Positions 10,696 through 21,914 of a DNA stretch of 64,000 nucleotides are shown here, piece after piece. The stretch lies in NCBI RefSeq assembly GCF_003991155.1, contig NZ_CP031295.1; one strand, written 5' to 3'. The notes beneath the pieces are model-generated. The model saw nothing but the letters and a program-made list of their open reading frames with translations, searched no databases and was not told where the DNA came from. The stretch is from Escherichia coli. Lineage in GTDB: Bacteria; Pseudomonadota; Gammaproteobacteria; Enterobacterales; Enterobacteriaceae. A program made the translations under genes and the position numbers. Every line of letters begins with the position of its first letter. Position 1 is the first letter of the stretch.

Positions 10696-11431
10696 AGCAT
10701 TACTGCCACTGTTACTCTGCTGCTTTATTTTTCCGGCGTCAGGAAAAGATGCAGGCTGGCAGTGGTATAACGAGAAAATAAATCCGAAGGAAAAAGAAAA
10801 TAAACCTGTATCTGCAGCCCCCCGTCAGGAACCGGATATTATGCAGAAACTGGCCGCACTGCAGACGGCAACAAAGCGGGCGCTGTACGAAGCCATTCTG
10901 TATCCCGGCGTGGATAATTTTGTGAAATATTTCCGGCTGCAAAATTACTGGACTCAGCAGGCCGGGCTTTTCACCATGAGCGCCAGAAAGGCCATGCTGG
11001 CACATCCTGAACTGGACTATAACCTGCAGTACAGCCATTACAACGGCACGGTACGGAACCAGCTGGCAGCAGACCAGGCGCAGCAGCGACAGGCCATTGC
11101 GAAACTGGCTGAACACTACGGCATCATGTTTTTTTACCGGGGGCAGGACCCCATCGACGGGCAACTGGCGCAGGTCATTAATGGCTTCCGGGATACGTAT
11201 GGTCTGAGTGTTATTCCCGTTTCCGTGGATGGCGTGATTAATCCGCTGTTGCCGGATTCCCGGACTGACCAGGGGCAGGCGCAGCGCCTCGGCGTGAAAT
11301 ATTTCCCGGCCATGATGCTGGTTGACCCGAAACAGGGCAGTATTCGCCCGTTATCATACGGCTTTATTTCGCAGGACGACCTGGCAAAACAGTTCCTGAA
11401 CGTTTCTGAAGATTTTAAACCCAATTTTTAA
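10688..11431 (+). CDS. traF: TraF pilus assembly protein (thioredoxin-like fold, no CxxC)
   Basis: 247 aa from MNKALLPLLLCCFIFPASG signal peptide; overlaps trbE stop. Confidence 0.8.
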   Translation: MNKALLPLLLCCFIFPASGKDAGWQWYNEKINPKEKENKPVSAAPRQEPDIMQKLAALQTATKRALYEAILYPGVDNFVKYFRLQNYWTQQAGLFTMSARKAMLAHPELDYNLQYSHYNGTVRNQLAADQAQQRQAIAKLAEHYGIMFFYRGQDPIDGQLAQVINGFRDTYGLSVIPVSVDGVINPLLPDSRTDQGQAQRLGVKYFPAMMLVDPKQGSIRPLSYGFISQDDLAKQFLNVSEDFKPNF

Positions 11432-11446
11432 TCGCGGATTTGATTT

Positions 11447-11815
11447 ATGAGTGAAGATTATTTGAAAATGTTTACAGGTGTTGTTCTGTTAATATTTGTC
11501 ATTATTGCCGGTTATTTCTTTTCTGAGCGTAATGACAGGAAAATGTTTCTCCTGAGCTCACTGGTTTTCCTTGTTATTAATATCGCGTGTTTATATGTGC
11601 TTACCGCCAGTCTCTGGTTTCTGTGTGGTGCAATTATGAGTCAGGGCGCAGCACTGGTTGTTTCAATAGTTGCGGCCGCATTACCGGACGTTACGAGCTT
11701 CGACAGGTTCAGAAGAATATTTATCTGTATTGTGTTGTCATCGGTATGGTCCGGAGTGATGTGGTTTTTTATAAGGGGGGCTTATGACAGGCTAAGTCAT
11801 ATAAAACGGTCATAA
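11447..11815 (+). CDS. trbA: TrbA membrane protein
   Basis: 122-aa hydrophobic ORF in F position. Confidence 0.55.
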   Translation: MSEDYLKMFTGVVLLIFVIIAGYFFSERNDRKMFLLSSLVFLVINIACLYVLTASLWFLCGAIMSQGAALVVSIVAAALPDVTSFDRFRRIFICIVLSSVWSGVMWFFIRGAYDRLSHIKRS

Positions 11816-12111
11816 AAACCATACAAAATAATGAGGTTGATTACTGAAGACCATATGATAAACCATACCGCAATCCAGTGGCTTCTGAATAGCTCACAAA
11901 AATAAATATAGATAATTGAAAATAACCATAATACAACGATGCCTGCTGCGATACTTAATAAACTTATTACAAGATAGTCAGGGAAGGCATTGACCGGTAA
12001 TGAATGTGATGCTGCATATATCAGCGCAATAATTGCCGCATTTCCCGGTAACGACTCTCTTATTATGTTTCTGATTATTTCCAGTTTTTCTTTAAAAGAT
12101 CGCTTTTCCAT
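11797..12111 (-). CDS. artA: ArtA, antisense-strand ORF in tra operon
   Basis: 104-aa hydrophobic ORF on minus strand between trbA and traQ, as in F. Confidence 0.45.
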   Translation of the reverse strand: MEKRSFKEKLEIIRNIIRESLPGNAAIIALIYAASHSLPVNAFPDYLVISLLSIAAGIVVLWLFSIIYIYFCELFRSHWIAVWFIIWSSVINLIILYGFYDRFI

Positions 12112-12191
12112 TTGTACCTCTGATTAATATCACACAAACGCGAATATTACAGACATGAATACTCTCATGTAAATAATAACCGGAGTTTAAC

Positions 12192-12476
12192 ATGATAAGT
12201 AAACGCAGATTCTCTTTACCCCGGCTTGATATTACGGGAATGTGGGTATTTTCCCTGGGTGTCTGGTTTCATATCGTCGCCCGTCTTGTTTACAGCAAAC
12301 CCTGGATGGCTTTTTTTCTGGCGGAGCTGATTGCGGCCATTCTCGTACTGTTCGGCGCATACCAGGTGCTGGATGCATGGATTGCCCGTGTCAGCCGGGA
12401 AGAGCGTGAGGCACTGGAAGCCAGGCAACAGGCCATGATGGAAGGGCAGCAGGAGGGCGGACATGTCTCTCACTAA
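12192..12476 (+). CDS. traQ: TraQ pilin chaperone
   Basis: 94-aa ORF with TM helix, position. Confidence 0.7.
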   Translation: MISKRRFSLPRLDITGMWVFSLGVWFHIVARLVYSKPWMAFFLAELIAAILVLFGAYQVLDAWIARVSREEREALEARQQAMMEGQQEGGHVSH

Positions 12477-13008
12477 ATCACTGCTGTTCACCCTGTTGCT
12501 GAGCGCCGCTGCTGTGCAGGCCTCCACCCGGGATGAAATAGAGCGACTCTGGAATCCGCAGGGTATGGCTACGCAGCCTGCACAACCGGCAGCAGGCACG
12601 TCAGCCAGGACAGCAAAGCCGGCTCCCCGCTGGTTCCGCCTCAGTAATGGCAGGCAGGTTAACCTGGCCGACTGGAAGGTGGTGCTGTTTATGCAGGGGC
12701 ATTGCCCTTACTGTCACCAGTTTGACCCGGTACTGAAACAGCTGGCACAGCAGTACGGCTTTTCCGTTTTTTCCTACACCCTGGATGGTCAGGGGGATAC
12801 GGCCTTTCCTGAAGCATTACCGGTGCCACCGGAGGTGATGCAGACCTTCTTCCCGAATATCCCGGTGGCCACACCGACCACCTTCCTGGTCAACGTCAAC
12901 ACGCTTGAGGCATTACCGCTTTTACAGGGGGCAACGGATGCCGCCGGTTTTATGGCGCGGGTGGATACCGTTTTGCAGATGTACGGAGGAAAAAAAGGTG
13001 CGAAATAA
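12463..13008 (+). CDS. trbB: TrbB periplasmic thioredoxin-like disulfide isomerase
   Basis: 181 aa, signal peptide, CPYC active-site motif. Confidence 0.8.
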   Translation: MSLTKSLLFTLLLSAAAVQASTRDEIERLWNPQGMATQPAQPAAGTSARTAKPAPRWFRLSNGRQVNLADWKVVLFMQGHCPYCHQFDPVLKQLAQQYGFSVFSYTLDGQGDTAFPEALPVPPEVMQTFFPNIPVATPTTFLVNVNTLEALPLLQGATDAAGFMARVDTVLQMYGGKKGAK

Positions 13009-13279
13009 GCAGGTGGTGTTACTCATTGCCGGAATATCCGGCATCGTGACGGGAATAATCGTCAGCCTGAATATCCCCTTTATCCGTCAGGGGCTTTTTT
13101 ATCCCGCCAGCCCTGTAGAAATTGTCGTTTCGCTGAGTCTTACCTTTTCTGTTTCTGTTGTGTTTTTTGTGGGGGCAATTGTGGGATGGATTTCGGTGTC
13201 TGAAATATATTACAGCCGCATGACCGGTCTGAATGAATCATCGGAAATATCAGAGGGAACTTATAATGAGAGAAAATAA
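12998..13279 (+). CDS. trbJ: TrbJ (GTG start overlapping trbB stop)
   Basis: 93 codons from GTG at 12998 in frame with ORF 12905-13279; membrane protein; synteny. Confidence 0.45.
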   Translation: MRNKQVVLLIAGISGIVTGIIVSLNIPFIRQGLFYPASPVEIVVSLSLTFSVSVVFFVGAIVGWISVSEIYYSRMTGLNESSEISEGTYNERK

Positions 13280-13646
13280 AAGTAATCCTGAGCTCAAAAT
13301 CAGAAGTACAGAACGAGATTATAAATACATTTCCAGAATTACTGGCAGGTATGCTGGGTTGTCTCTGGTATTCCTGACTGCCGGAATTGTTTTATGGACA
13401 GTTATGGATATTATTTTTGATGCCTGTATTGATTCGTGGAAAGCGGACCCGGAATTAAATAATTCGAGTTATATGTGGAATATCCTGATATATGCCATTC
13501 CGTATGCGTTATATGCGCTTGCAGCCGGGTTTCTTGTTACATTTTTTTCTGTCCCCAATGTACGAATTAATATACGGAAATATCGAGATATTCCTGCTGA
13601 AATGTCGTATGCACCGGGAGAACACATTAAGGGAGGGCAAGAATGA
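13266..13646 (+). CDS. trbF: TrbF
   Basis: 126 codons from MRENK start, two TM helices, overlaps traH start. Confidence 0.5.
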   Translation: MRENKSNPELKIRSTERDYKYISRITGRYAGLSLVFLTAGIVLWTVMDIIFDACIDSWKADPELNNSSYMWNILIYAIPYALYALAAGFLVTFFSVPNVRINIRKYRDIPAEMSYAPGEHIKGGQE

Positions 13647-15019
13647 TGCCACGCATTAAACCTCTTCTGGTTCTTTGTGCCGCCTTACTGACGGTGACGC
13701 CTGCAGCGTCAGCGGATGTGAACAGCGACATGAATCAGTTCTTTAATAAGCTGGGATTTGCTTCCAATACCACACAGCCGGGCGTCTGGCAGGGGCAGGC
13801 CGCCGGCTATGCTTACGGTGGCTCCCTGTATGCCCGTACTCAGGTCAAAAATGTTCAGCTAATTTCCATGACGCTGCCGGATATCAATGCTGGATGTGGC
13901 GGCATCGACGCCTATCTCGGCTCGTTCAGTTTTATTAATGGTGAGCAGTTGCAGCGTTTTGTTAAGCAGATTATGAGCAATGCTGCCGGTTACTTTTTTG
14001 ACCTTGCCCTGCAGACAACGGTGCCGGAAATAAAAACCGCAAAAGACTTCGTGCAGAAAATGGCAAGCGACATTAACAGTATGAACCTCAGTTCCTGCCA
14101 GGCTGCACAGGGGATTATCGGCGGGCTTTTCCCCCGGACGCAGGTGTCCCAGCAAAAAGTCTGTCAGGACATTGCCGGTGAGAGCAATATTTTTGCTGAC
14201 TGGGCGGCTTCCCGGCAGGGATGTACCGTTGGCGGGAAATCTGACAGTGTCAGGGATAAAGCCAGCGACAAGGATAAGGAGCGGGTGACCAAAAACATCA
14301 ACATCATGTGGAATGCGCTTTCCAAAAACAGAATGTTTGACGGCAACAAAGAGCTGAAAGAATTTGTGATGACGCTGACCGGCTCACTGGTGTTTGGTCC
14401 CAACGGCGAAATCACACCGCTGTCAGCCAGAACCACTGACCGCTCAATTATCCGGGCCATGATGGAAGGCGGCACAGCAAAAATTTATCACTGCAACGAT
14501 TCTGATAAATGCCTGAAAGTGGTGGCAGACACACCGGTGACTATCAGCCGGGATAATGCACTGAAGTCTCAGATTACTAAACTTCTGGCCAGCATTCAGA
14601 ACAAGGCGGTCAGTGACACGCCTCTGGATGACAAGGAAAAAGGCTTTATTTCCAGTACCACCATCCCCGTCTTCAAATACCTGGTTGACCCGCAGATGCT
14701 CGGAGTTTCCAACAGCATGATTTACCAGCTGACGGACTATATCGGTTACGACATCCTGCTGCAGTACATTCAGGAGCTGATACAGCAGGCCCGGGCGATG
14801 GTGGCCACGGGAAATTATGACGAAGCGGTTATCGGACATATTAACGACAACATGAATGATGCCACCCGGCAGATTGCGGCGTTTCAGTCACAGGTGCAGG
14901 TACAGCAGGATGCGCTGCTGGTTGTCGATCGTCAGATGAGCTACATGCGTCAGCAGCTTTCCGCCCGCATGCTCAGTCGTTACCAAAACAACTATCACTT
15001 CGGAGGGAGCACGCGGTGA
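13643..15019 (+). CDS. traH: TraH pilus assembly protein
   Basis: 458-aa secreted protein, synteny. Confidence 0.85.
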   Translation: MMPRIKPLLVLCAALLTVTPAASADVNSDMNQFFNKLGFASNTTQPGVWQGQAAGYAYGGSLYARTQVKNVQLISMTLPDINAGCGGIDAYLGSFSFINGEQLQRFVKQIMSNAAGYFFDLALQTTVPEIKTAKDFVQKMASDINSMNLSSCQAAQGIIGGLFPRTQVSQQKVCQDIAGESNIFADWAASRQGCTVGGKSDSVRDKASDKDKERVTKNINIMWNALSKNRMFDGNKELKEFVMTLTGSLVFGPNGEITPLSARTTDRSIIRAMMEGGTAKIYHCNDSDKCLKVVADTPVTISRDNALKSQITKLLASIQNKAVSDTPLDDKEKGFISSTTIPVFKYLVDPQMLGVSNSMIYQLTDYIGYDILLQYIQELIQQARAMVATGNYDEAVIGHINDNMNDATRQIAAFQSQVQVQQDALLVVDRQMSYMRQQLSARMLSRYQNNYHFGGSTR

Positions 15020-17838
15020 ATGAAGTTTATGTGATTGCCGGTGGTGAGTGGTTGCGGAATAACCTGAACGCCATTGCCGCCTTTATGGGAACCAGGACGT
15101 GGGATTCCATTGAAAAAATTGCGCTCACATTGTCTGTTCTCGCGGTGGCCGTAATGTGGGTACAGCGGCACAACGTGATGGATTTGCTGGGCTGGGTGGC
15201 CGTATTTGTGCTTATCAGCCTGCTGGTTAATGTCCGCACATCGGTGCAGATTATTGATAACAGTGACCTGGTCAAAGTTCACCGGGTGGATAATGTGCCG
15301 GTCGGACTGGCGATGCCACTTTCACTGACGACCCGTATCGGGCATGCAATGGTGGCCAGTTACGAGATGATCTTCACGCAACCGGACAGTGTCACCTACA
15401 GCAAAACGGGGATGCTGTTTGGCGCAGAACTGGTATCAAAAAGCACCGACTTTTTGTCCCGCAATCCGGAAATCGCCAATCTTTTCCAGGATTATGTGCA
15501 GAACTGTGTTATGGGGGATATTTACCTGAACCACAAATACACGCTGGAGGAGCTGATGGCCTCCGCTGATCCCTACACGCTGATTTTTTCCCGCCCCAGC
15601 CCGCTGCGGGGCGTTTATGACAGCAATAATAATTTCGTAACCTGTAAGGACGCGTCGGTTTCGCTGAAAGACAAGCTGAATCTGGACACACAGAGTGGCG
15701 GAAAAACCTGGCATTATTATGCCCAGCAGCTATTTGGTGGACGCCCTGATCCTAACCTGCTGTTCAGTACGCTGATTGGCGACAGTTACAGTTACTTCTA
15801 TGGCTCAAGTAAATCAGCCAGCCAGATCATCCGCCAGAATGTCACCATCAATGCGCTGAAGGAGGGGATCACCAGTTATGCCGCACGTAATGGTGATTCG
15901 GCCAGCCTGGTGAATCTGGCCACCACGTCATCGATGGAGAAACAACGTCTGGCACATGTCTCCATCGGTCATGTGGCGATGCGGACACTGCCCATGACGC
16001 AGACCATCCTGACGGGGATCGCCATCGGTATTTTCCCGCTCCTGGTACTGGCGGCTGTATTCAACAAACTGACGCTGTCTGTCCTGAAAGGTTATGTGTT
16101 TGCCCTGATGTGGCTGCAGTCATGGCCACTCTTGTACGCCATTCTGAACAGTGCCATGACATTTTATGCGAAACAGAATGGTGCGCCGGTGGTGCTCTCT
16201 GAAATTTCACAGATACAACTGAAATACTCCGATCTGGCTTCCACTGCCGGGTATCTTTCCATGATGATCCCGCCATTATCCTGGATGATGGTCAGGGGGC
16301 TTGGGGCCGGATTTTCCAGTGTGTACAGCCATTTCGCTTCCTCTGCTATCAGCCCGACTGCCAGTGCGGCAGGTAGTGTGGTTGACGGTAATTACTCCTA
16401 CGGCAACATGCAGACGGAAAACGTGAACGGCTTCAGCTGGAGCACCAACAGCACCACGTCGTTTGGTCAGATGATGTACCAGACCGGCAGTGGCGCAACC
16501 GCCACACAGACCCGTGACGGTAATATGGTGATGGATGCAAGCGGAGCGATGTCCCGTTTACCGGTCGGTATCAATGCAACGCGTCAGATTGCAGTGGCAC
16601 AACAGGAAATGGCCCGGGAGGCGTCGAACAGAGCAGAAAGTGCCCTGCATGGTTTCAGCAGCAGTATTGCCAGTGCCTGGAACACGCTCAGTCAGTTTGG
16701 TTCTAACCGGGGGAGCAGTGACTCTGTCACCAGTGGTGCTGACAGTACGATGAGTGCACAGGACTCCATGATGGCCAGCCGTATGCGCAGTGCAGTGGAA
16801 AGCTATGCGAAGGCGCATAATATCAGTAATGAGCAGGCGACTCAGGAACTGGCATCCAGAAGTACGAGAGCTTCTGCCGGGATGTATGGAGATGCTCATG
16901 CTGAATGGGGGGTTAAACCTAAAATTCTTGGTGTTGGTGGAGGATTAGGCGTTAGAGGTGGTGGTCGGGCTGGCATTGACTGGAGTGATGATGATGCGCA
17001 TCAGGCCAGCAGTGGTTCACGGGCCAGCTATGATGCTCGTCATGATATTGACGCTAAAGCCAGTAAGGACTTTAAAGAGGCCAGCGATTACTTTACCAGT
17101 CGCAAAGTCAGTGAATCCGGCAGCCATACTGACAATAATGCTGATTCCCGGGTGGATCAACTGTCTGCAGCCCTGAATTCAGCGAAACAGAGTTACGACC
17201 AGTACACGACGAATATGACCCGCAGCCATGAATATGCTGAAATGGCATCCCGTACTGAAAGCATGAGTGGGCAGATGAGCGAAGATTTGTCGCAACAGTT
17301 TGCACAGTATGTGATGAAACACGCACCGCAGGATGCCGAAGCTATTCTGACAAATACCAGTTCGCCGGAGATTGCAGAACGCCGTCGGGCAATGGCCTGG
17401 TCTTTTGTGCAGGAACAGATACAGCCTGGTGTTGATAATGCCTGGCGGGAATCCCGTGGCGATATTGGTAAAGGAATGGAGAGCGTACCTTCGGGTGGAG
17501 GCAGTCAGGATATTATTGCTGACCATCAGGGACATCAGGCCATTATTGAGCAAAGAACGCAGGACAGTAATATCCGTAATGATGTAAAACATCAGGTTGA
17601 TAATATGGTCACAGAATATAAAGGGAATATAGGTGATACTCAGAACAGCATACGTGGCGAGGAAAATATTGTAAGAGGACAGTATTCTGAACTGCAGAAT
17701 CACCATAAAACAGAGGCATTATCTCAGAATAATAAATATAATGAAGAAAAGTCGGCTCAGGAAAGAATGCCCGGGGCTGACAGTCCACAGGAACTGATGA
17801 AAAGGGCAAAGGAGTATCAGGATAAGTATAAGCAATAA
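15016..17838 (+). CDS. traG: TraG mating-pair stabilisation/entry exclusion inner-membrane protein
   Basis: 940-aa ORF with polytopic N-terminus, overlaps traH stop. Confidence 0.85.
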   Translation: MNEVYVIAGGEWLRNNLNAIAAFMGTRTWDSIEKIALTLSVLAVAVMWVQRHNVMDLLGWVAVFVLISLLVNVRTSVQIIDNSDLVKVHRVDNVPVGLAMPLSLTTRIGHAMVASYEMIFTQPDSVTYSKTGMLFGAELVSKSTDFLSRNPEIANLFQDYVQNCVMGDIYLNHKYTLEELMASADPYTLIFSRPSPLRGVYDSNNNFVTCKDASVSLKDKLNLDTQSGGKTWHYYAQQLFGGRPDPNLLFSTLIGDSYSYFYGSSKSASQIIRQNVTINALKEGITSYAARNGDSASLVNLATTSSMEKQRLAHVSIGHVAMRTLPMTQTILTGIAIGIFPLLVLAAVFNKLTLSVLKGYVFALMWLQSWPLLYAILNSAMTFYAKQNGAPVVLSEISQIQLKYSDLASTAGYLSMMIPPLSWMMVRGLGAGFSSVYSHFASSAISPTASAAGSVVDGNYSYGNMQTENVNGFSWSTNSTTSFGQMMYQTGSGATATQTRDGNMVMDASGAMSRLPVGINATRQIAVAQQEMAREASNRAESALHGFSSSIASAWNTLSQFGSNRGSSDSVTSGADSTMSAQDSMMASRMRSAVESYAKAHNISNEQATQELASRSTRASAGMYGDAHAEWGVKPKILGVGGGLGVRGGGRAGIDWSDDDAHQASSGSRASYDARHDIDAKASKDFKEASDYFTSRKVSESGSHTDNNADSRVDQLSAALNSAKQSYDQYTTNMTRSHEYAEMASRTESMSGQMSEDLSQQFAQYVMKHAPQDAEAILTNTSSPEIAERRRAMAWSFVQEQIQPGVDNAWRESRGDIGKGMESVPSGGGSQDIIADHQGHQAIIEQRTQDSNIRNDVKHQVDNMVTEYKGNIGDTQNSIRGEENIVRGQYSELQNHHKTEALSQNNKYNEEKSAQERMPGADSPQELMKRAKEYQDKYKQ

Positions 17839-17853
17839 TACTGTGTTTGGGAG

Positions 17854-18351
17854 ATGATAATGAGATGTTTAGCCCATATTGCTCTGGTAACAGTGATACA
17901 GTTTATCGCCTGTTATCTGGCTGATTGGGGGAATGCCGAAACAGTTTTTATGCTGTTCTTCATAGTGCTATGGCAGGGACTGTTTATCTGGTTGTTCTCT
18001 CAAATACGAAAAAAACGGGATGTGTCGGATGAGTTTAAGTTTAGTAAAGGCGTTTGGTATATAACGATGCCAGTATCTTCCTTACTCTCTCCGTTATTAA
18101 GCCTGATGGTTTTTATCATTGGTACACTATACGAATTAAGGCAAGTTAGTGGTTGCATAAGCATAAAAAAATGGGGGCAAAATCAACTCAAAGACCAATA
18201 TGATGGGAGTGAAAAGTTAGACTTCGGGGGCATTGAACAGACCCCAACGATCTACTATAACCCTTCAACCGGATATCCTATGCATGGAGGCTTTGATTCA
18301 GCGGGAAATACTTTTGGGACTCGTTGGCAGGACTATTATGACAGGCAATAA
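17854..18351 (+). CDS. traS: TraS entry-exclusion inner-membrane protein
   Basis: 165-aa hydrophobic ORF between traG and traT. Confidence 0.55.
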   Translation: MIMRCLAHIALVTVIQFIACYLADWGNAETVFMLFFIVLWQGLFIWLFSQIRKKRDVSDEFKFSKGVWYITMPVSSLLSPLLSLMVFIIGTLYELRQVSGCISIKKWGQNQLKDQYDGSEKLDFGGIEQTPTIYYNPSTGYPMHGGFDSAGNTFGTRWQDYYDRQ

Positions 18352-18382
18352 GAAAACTGTAGTTTGTAAAAAAGGTAATTTG

Positions 18383-19114
18383 ATGAAAACAAAAAAATTG
18401 ATGATGGTTACACTGGTCAGTTCCACTCTGGCCCTTTCAGGGTGTGGTGCGATGAGCACAGCAATCAAGAAGCGTAACCTTGAGGTGAAGACTCAGATGA
18501 GTGAGACCATCTGGCTTGAACCCGCCAGCGAACGCACGGTATTTCTGCAGATCAAAAACACGTCTGATAAAGACATGAGTGGGCTGCAGGGCAAAATTGC
18601 TGATGCTGTGAAAGCAAAAGGGTATCAGGTGGTGACTTCTCCGGATAAAGCCTACTACTGGATTCAGGCGAATGTGCTGAAGGCCGATAAGATGGATCTG
18701 CGGGAGTCTCAGGGATGGCTGAACCGTGGTTATGAAGGCGCAGCAGTTGGTGCAGCGTTAGGTGCCGGTATCACCGGATATAATTCCAATTCTGCCGGTG
18801 CCACACTCGGTGTGGGCCTTGCTGCCGGTCTGGTGGGTATGGCTGCAGATGCGATGGTGGAAGATGTGAACTATACCATGATCACGGATGTGCAGATTGC
18901 AGAGCGTACTAAGGCAACGGTGACAACGGATAATGTTGCCGCCCTGCGTCAGGGCACATCAGGTGCGAAAATTCAGACCAGTACTGAAACAGGTAACCAG
19001 CATAAATACCAGACCCGTGTGGTCTCAAATGCGAACAAGGTTAACCTGAAATTTGAAGAGGCGAAGCCTGTTCTCGAAGACCAGCTGGCCAAATCAATCG
19101 CAAATATTCTCTGA
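18383..19114 (+). CDS. traT: TraT surface-exclusion/serum-resistance lipoprotein
   Basis: Internal ATG giving [21 protein letters not shown] lipoprotein signal; 243 aa. Confidence 0.8.
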   Translation: MKTKKLMMVTLVSSTLALSGCGAMSTAIKKRNLEVKTQMSETIWLEPASERTVFLQIKNTSDKDMSGLQGKIADAVKAKGYQVVTSPDKAYYWIQANVLKADKMDLRESQGWLNRGYEGAAVGAALGAGITGYNSNSAGATLGVGLAAGLVGMAADAMVEDVNYTMITDVQIAERTKATVTTDNVAALRQGTSGAKIQTSTETGNQHKYQTRVVSNANKVNLKFEEAKPVLEDQLAKSIANIL

Positions 19115-19177
19115 TTATCTTCCGGAGGCTGGTCTGACCGGCCTCCTGACTGACGCCTCGCTTTGCTCGTTGTCCAA

Positions 19178-19215
19178 CCCCGGGGAGAAATAAAATAAAT
19201 TTTATTTCTCCCCGG
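19178..19215 (+). terminator. Hairpin downstream of traT (ccggggagaaataaaat/attttatttctccccgg)
   Basis: Near-perfect inverted repeat seen directly; a second GC hairpin lies at 19122-19146. Confidence 0.4.
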
Positions 19216-19366
19216 CGTTTCCGAAATAAATATGAAAACACTGAGCGGTTGTGCAAATTCTTTGTGCGACCGTGAAGTGTTGCCGGCGAAGCCGGAATTT
19301 AACGGTTATTAATCTTTTCATCATTAATAATCAGTCCGACTGACTTTCTTTCTTCAGAATATCATC

Positions 19367-21507
19367 ATGAGTTTTAACGCAAAGGATATGACCCAGGGCG
19401 GTCAGATTGCGTCCATGCGTATCCGCATGTTCAGTCAGATCGCCAATATCATACTTTACTGCCTGTTTATTTTTTTCTGGATCCTAGTTGGTCTGGTTTT
19501 ATGGGTAAAAATAAGCTGGCAGACGTTTGTGAATGGCTGCATTTACTGGTGGTGCACCACGCTGGAAGGCATGCGGGATTTAATCAGGTCCCAGCCGGTC
19601 TATGAGATCCAGTATTACGGCAAAACCTTCCGGATGAACGCGGCTCAGGTACTGCATGATAAATATATGATCTGGTGCGGAGAGCAGCTATGGTCCGCAT
19701 TCGTTCTGGCCACAGTTGTGGCACTGGTTATTGCCTGATTACCTTCTTTGTTGTCTCACGGATTCTGGGGCGTCAGGGTAAACAACAGAGCGAAAATGAA
19801 GTCACAGGTGGTCGTCAGCTGACAGACAATCCGAAAGACGTTGCCCGGATGCTGAAAAAGACGGCAAGGACTCCGATATACGGATTGGCGACCTGCCGAT
19901 TATCCGGGATTCCGAAATCAGAACTTCTGTCTGCACGGCACGGTCGGGGCCGGTAAGTCGGAAGTTATCCGTCGTCTGGCCAACTACGCCCGTCAGCGTG
20001 GAGATATGGTGGTGATTTATGACCGTTCAGGGAATTTGTTAAAAGTTACTATGATCCCTCCATCGATAAAATCCTGAATCCGCTGGATGCCCGCTGTGCC
20101 GCACGGGATTTGTGGAAGAGTGCCTGACACAGCCAGATTTTGATAATACCGCAAATACTCTGATCCCGATGGGGACAAAAGAGGACCCGTTCTGGCAGGG
20201 TTCAGGACGTACCATTTTTGCGGAAGCGGCATACCTGATGCGTAATGACCCCAACCGCAGCTACAGCAAACTGGTGGACACACTGCTTTCCATCAAAATT
20301 GAAAAGCTGCGTACCTTCCTGCGTAATTCACCGGCGGCCAACCTGGTGGAAGAGAAAATCGAGAAAACGGCCATATCCATCCGTGCTGTGCTGACCAACT
20401 ACGTGAAAGCCATCCGTTACCTGCAGGGGATTGAGCATAACGGTGAGTCTTTACCATCCGTGACTGGATGCGTGGTGTCCGGAAGATCAGAAAAACGGCT
20501 GGCTGTTTATCTCGTCGAATGCCGACACCCATGCCTCCCTGAAGCCGGTGATCTCCATGTGGCTGTCCATTGCCATTCGTGGTCTGCTGGCAATGGGAGA
20601 AAACCGTAACCGTCGTGTGTGGTTTTCTGTGATGAGCTACCCACGTTACACAAACTGCCGGACTGGTGGAGATCCTGCCGGAAGCCCGTAAGTTCGGTGG
20701 CTGTTATGTGTTTGGTATCCAGTCTATGCCCAGCTGGAAGATATCTACGGTGAAAGCGGCTGCCACGCTGTTTGACGTCATGAACACCCGTGCCTTTTTC
20801 GTTCTCCCAGCCATAAGATTGCAGAGTTCGCTGCCGGTGAGATTGGTGAGAAAGAGCACCTGAAAGCCAGCGAGCAGTATTCCTACGGTGCTGATCCGGT
20901 ACGTGACGGGGTATCGACCGGTAAGGATATGGAGCGTCAGACGCTGGTCAGTTATTCCGACATTCAGTCTCTGCCGGATCTGACCTGTTATGTCACCCTG
21001 CCCGGACCGTATCCGGCAGTAAAACTCTCCCTGAAATATCAGACACGACCGAAGGTCGCTCCGGAGTTTATTCCGCGTGACATCAACCCGGAAATGGAGA
21101 ACCGTCTGAGTGCCGTACTTGCCGCAAGGGAAGCAGAAGGTCGTCAGATGGCCAGCCTCTTCGAACCGGATGTCCCGGAGGTTGTTTCCGGAGAAGACGT
21201 GACTCAGGCTGAACAGCCGCAACAGCCGGTGTCTCCTGCCATCAACGATAAGAAGTCAGATGCAGGTGTGAATGTTCCGGCAGGGGGGATCGAGCAGGAG
21301 CTGAAAATGAAACCGGAAGAAGAGATGGAACAGCAACTGCCACCCGGGATCAGTGAATCCGGTGAAGTGGTGGATATGGCCGTTTATGAGGCATGGCAAC
21401 GGGAGCAGAATCCGGATATCCAGCAGAAGATGCAGCGTCGTGAAGAGGTGAACATCAATGTGCACCGGGAGCGCGGGGAGGATGTTGAGCCGGGAGATGA
21501 TTTCTGA
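19367..21507 (+). pseudogene. traD: traD coupling protein, fragmented into at least 5 frames by small indels
   Basis: TraD N-terminus ([12 protein letters not shown]...), middle and QQP-rich C-terminus (...EPGDDF) are all present but in different frames (ORFs 19367-19738, 19675-19956, 20112-20609, 20666-20863, 20929-21507). Confidence 0.7.
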
Positions 21508-21515
21508 TGAACAGG

Positions 21516-21914
21516 TCAGCTCCAGTCTTCAATTCTCAGACCGTCCACACGTTCAAATTCCCGGGTGTTATTAGTCACAATAATCAGTCCCCGACTGCGG
21601 GCATGACCTGCGATCATTTGATCAAATGGCCCGACAGGGCGTCCCTGACGGGCAAGTTCTGCTCTTATCTGGCCGCTGTGTGTGGCTGCGGCAGCGTCGT
21701 AATCCAGAACATCAATGCGGGAAACAAATCCCTCGATCACAGCGAGATTACGTTCAGGCATCTGGCTTTTTTCTGCACCATATATCAGCTCCATCAGGGT
21801 GACCGAACTGATACACATTCTCCCCTGGTTCAGGTTAAAACGCTCCCTGACGCTGGCGGGTTTGTTCTTTATCGTGAAAATGCAGATGTTGGTATCGAGC
21901 ATAAACTTCAGCAT
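21516..21914 (-). CDS. vapC: VapC PIN-domain toxin
   Basis: 132 aa, N-terminal MLKFMLDTNICIF typical of PIN domains; overlaps upstream antitoxin gene. Confidence 0.8.
   Translation of the reverse strand: MLKFMLDTNICIFTIKNKPASVRERFNLNQGRMCISSVTLMELIYGAEKSQMPERNLAVIEGFVSRIDVLDYDAAAATHSGQIRAELARQGRPVGPFDQMIAGHARSRGLIIVTNNTREFERVDGLRIEDWS

Noticed and set aside
18233-18382. Upstream extension of the traT ORF
   Set aside because: The lipoprotein signal peptide begins at the internal ATG at 18383; the extension overlaps the traS 3' end.
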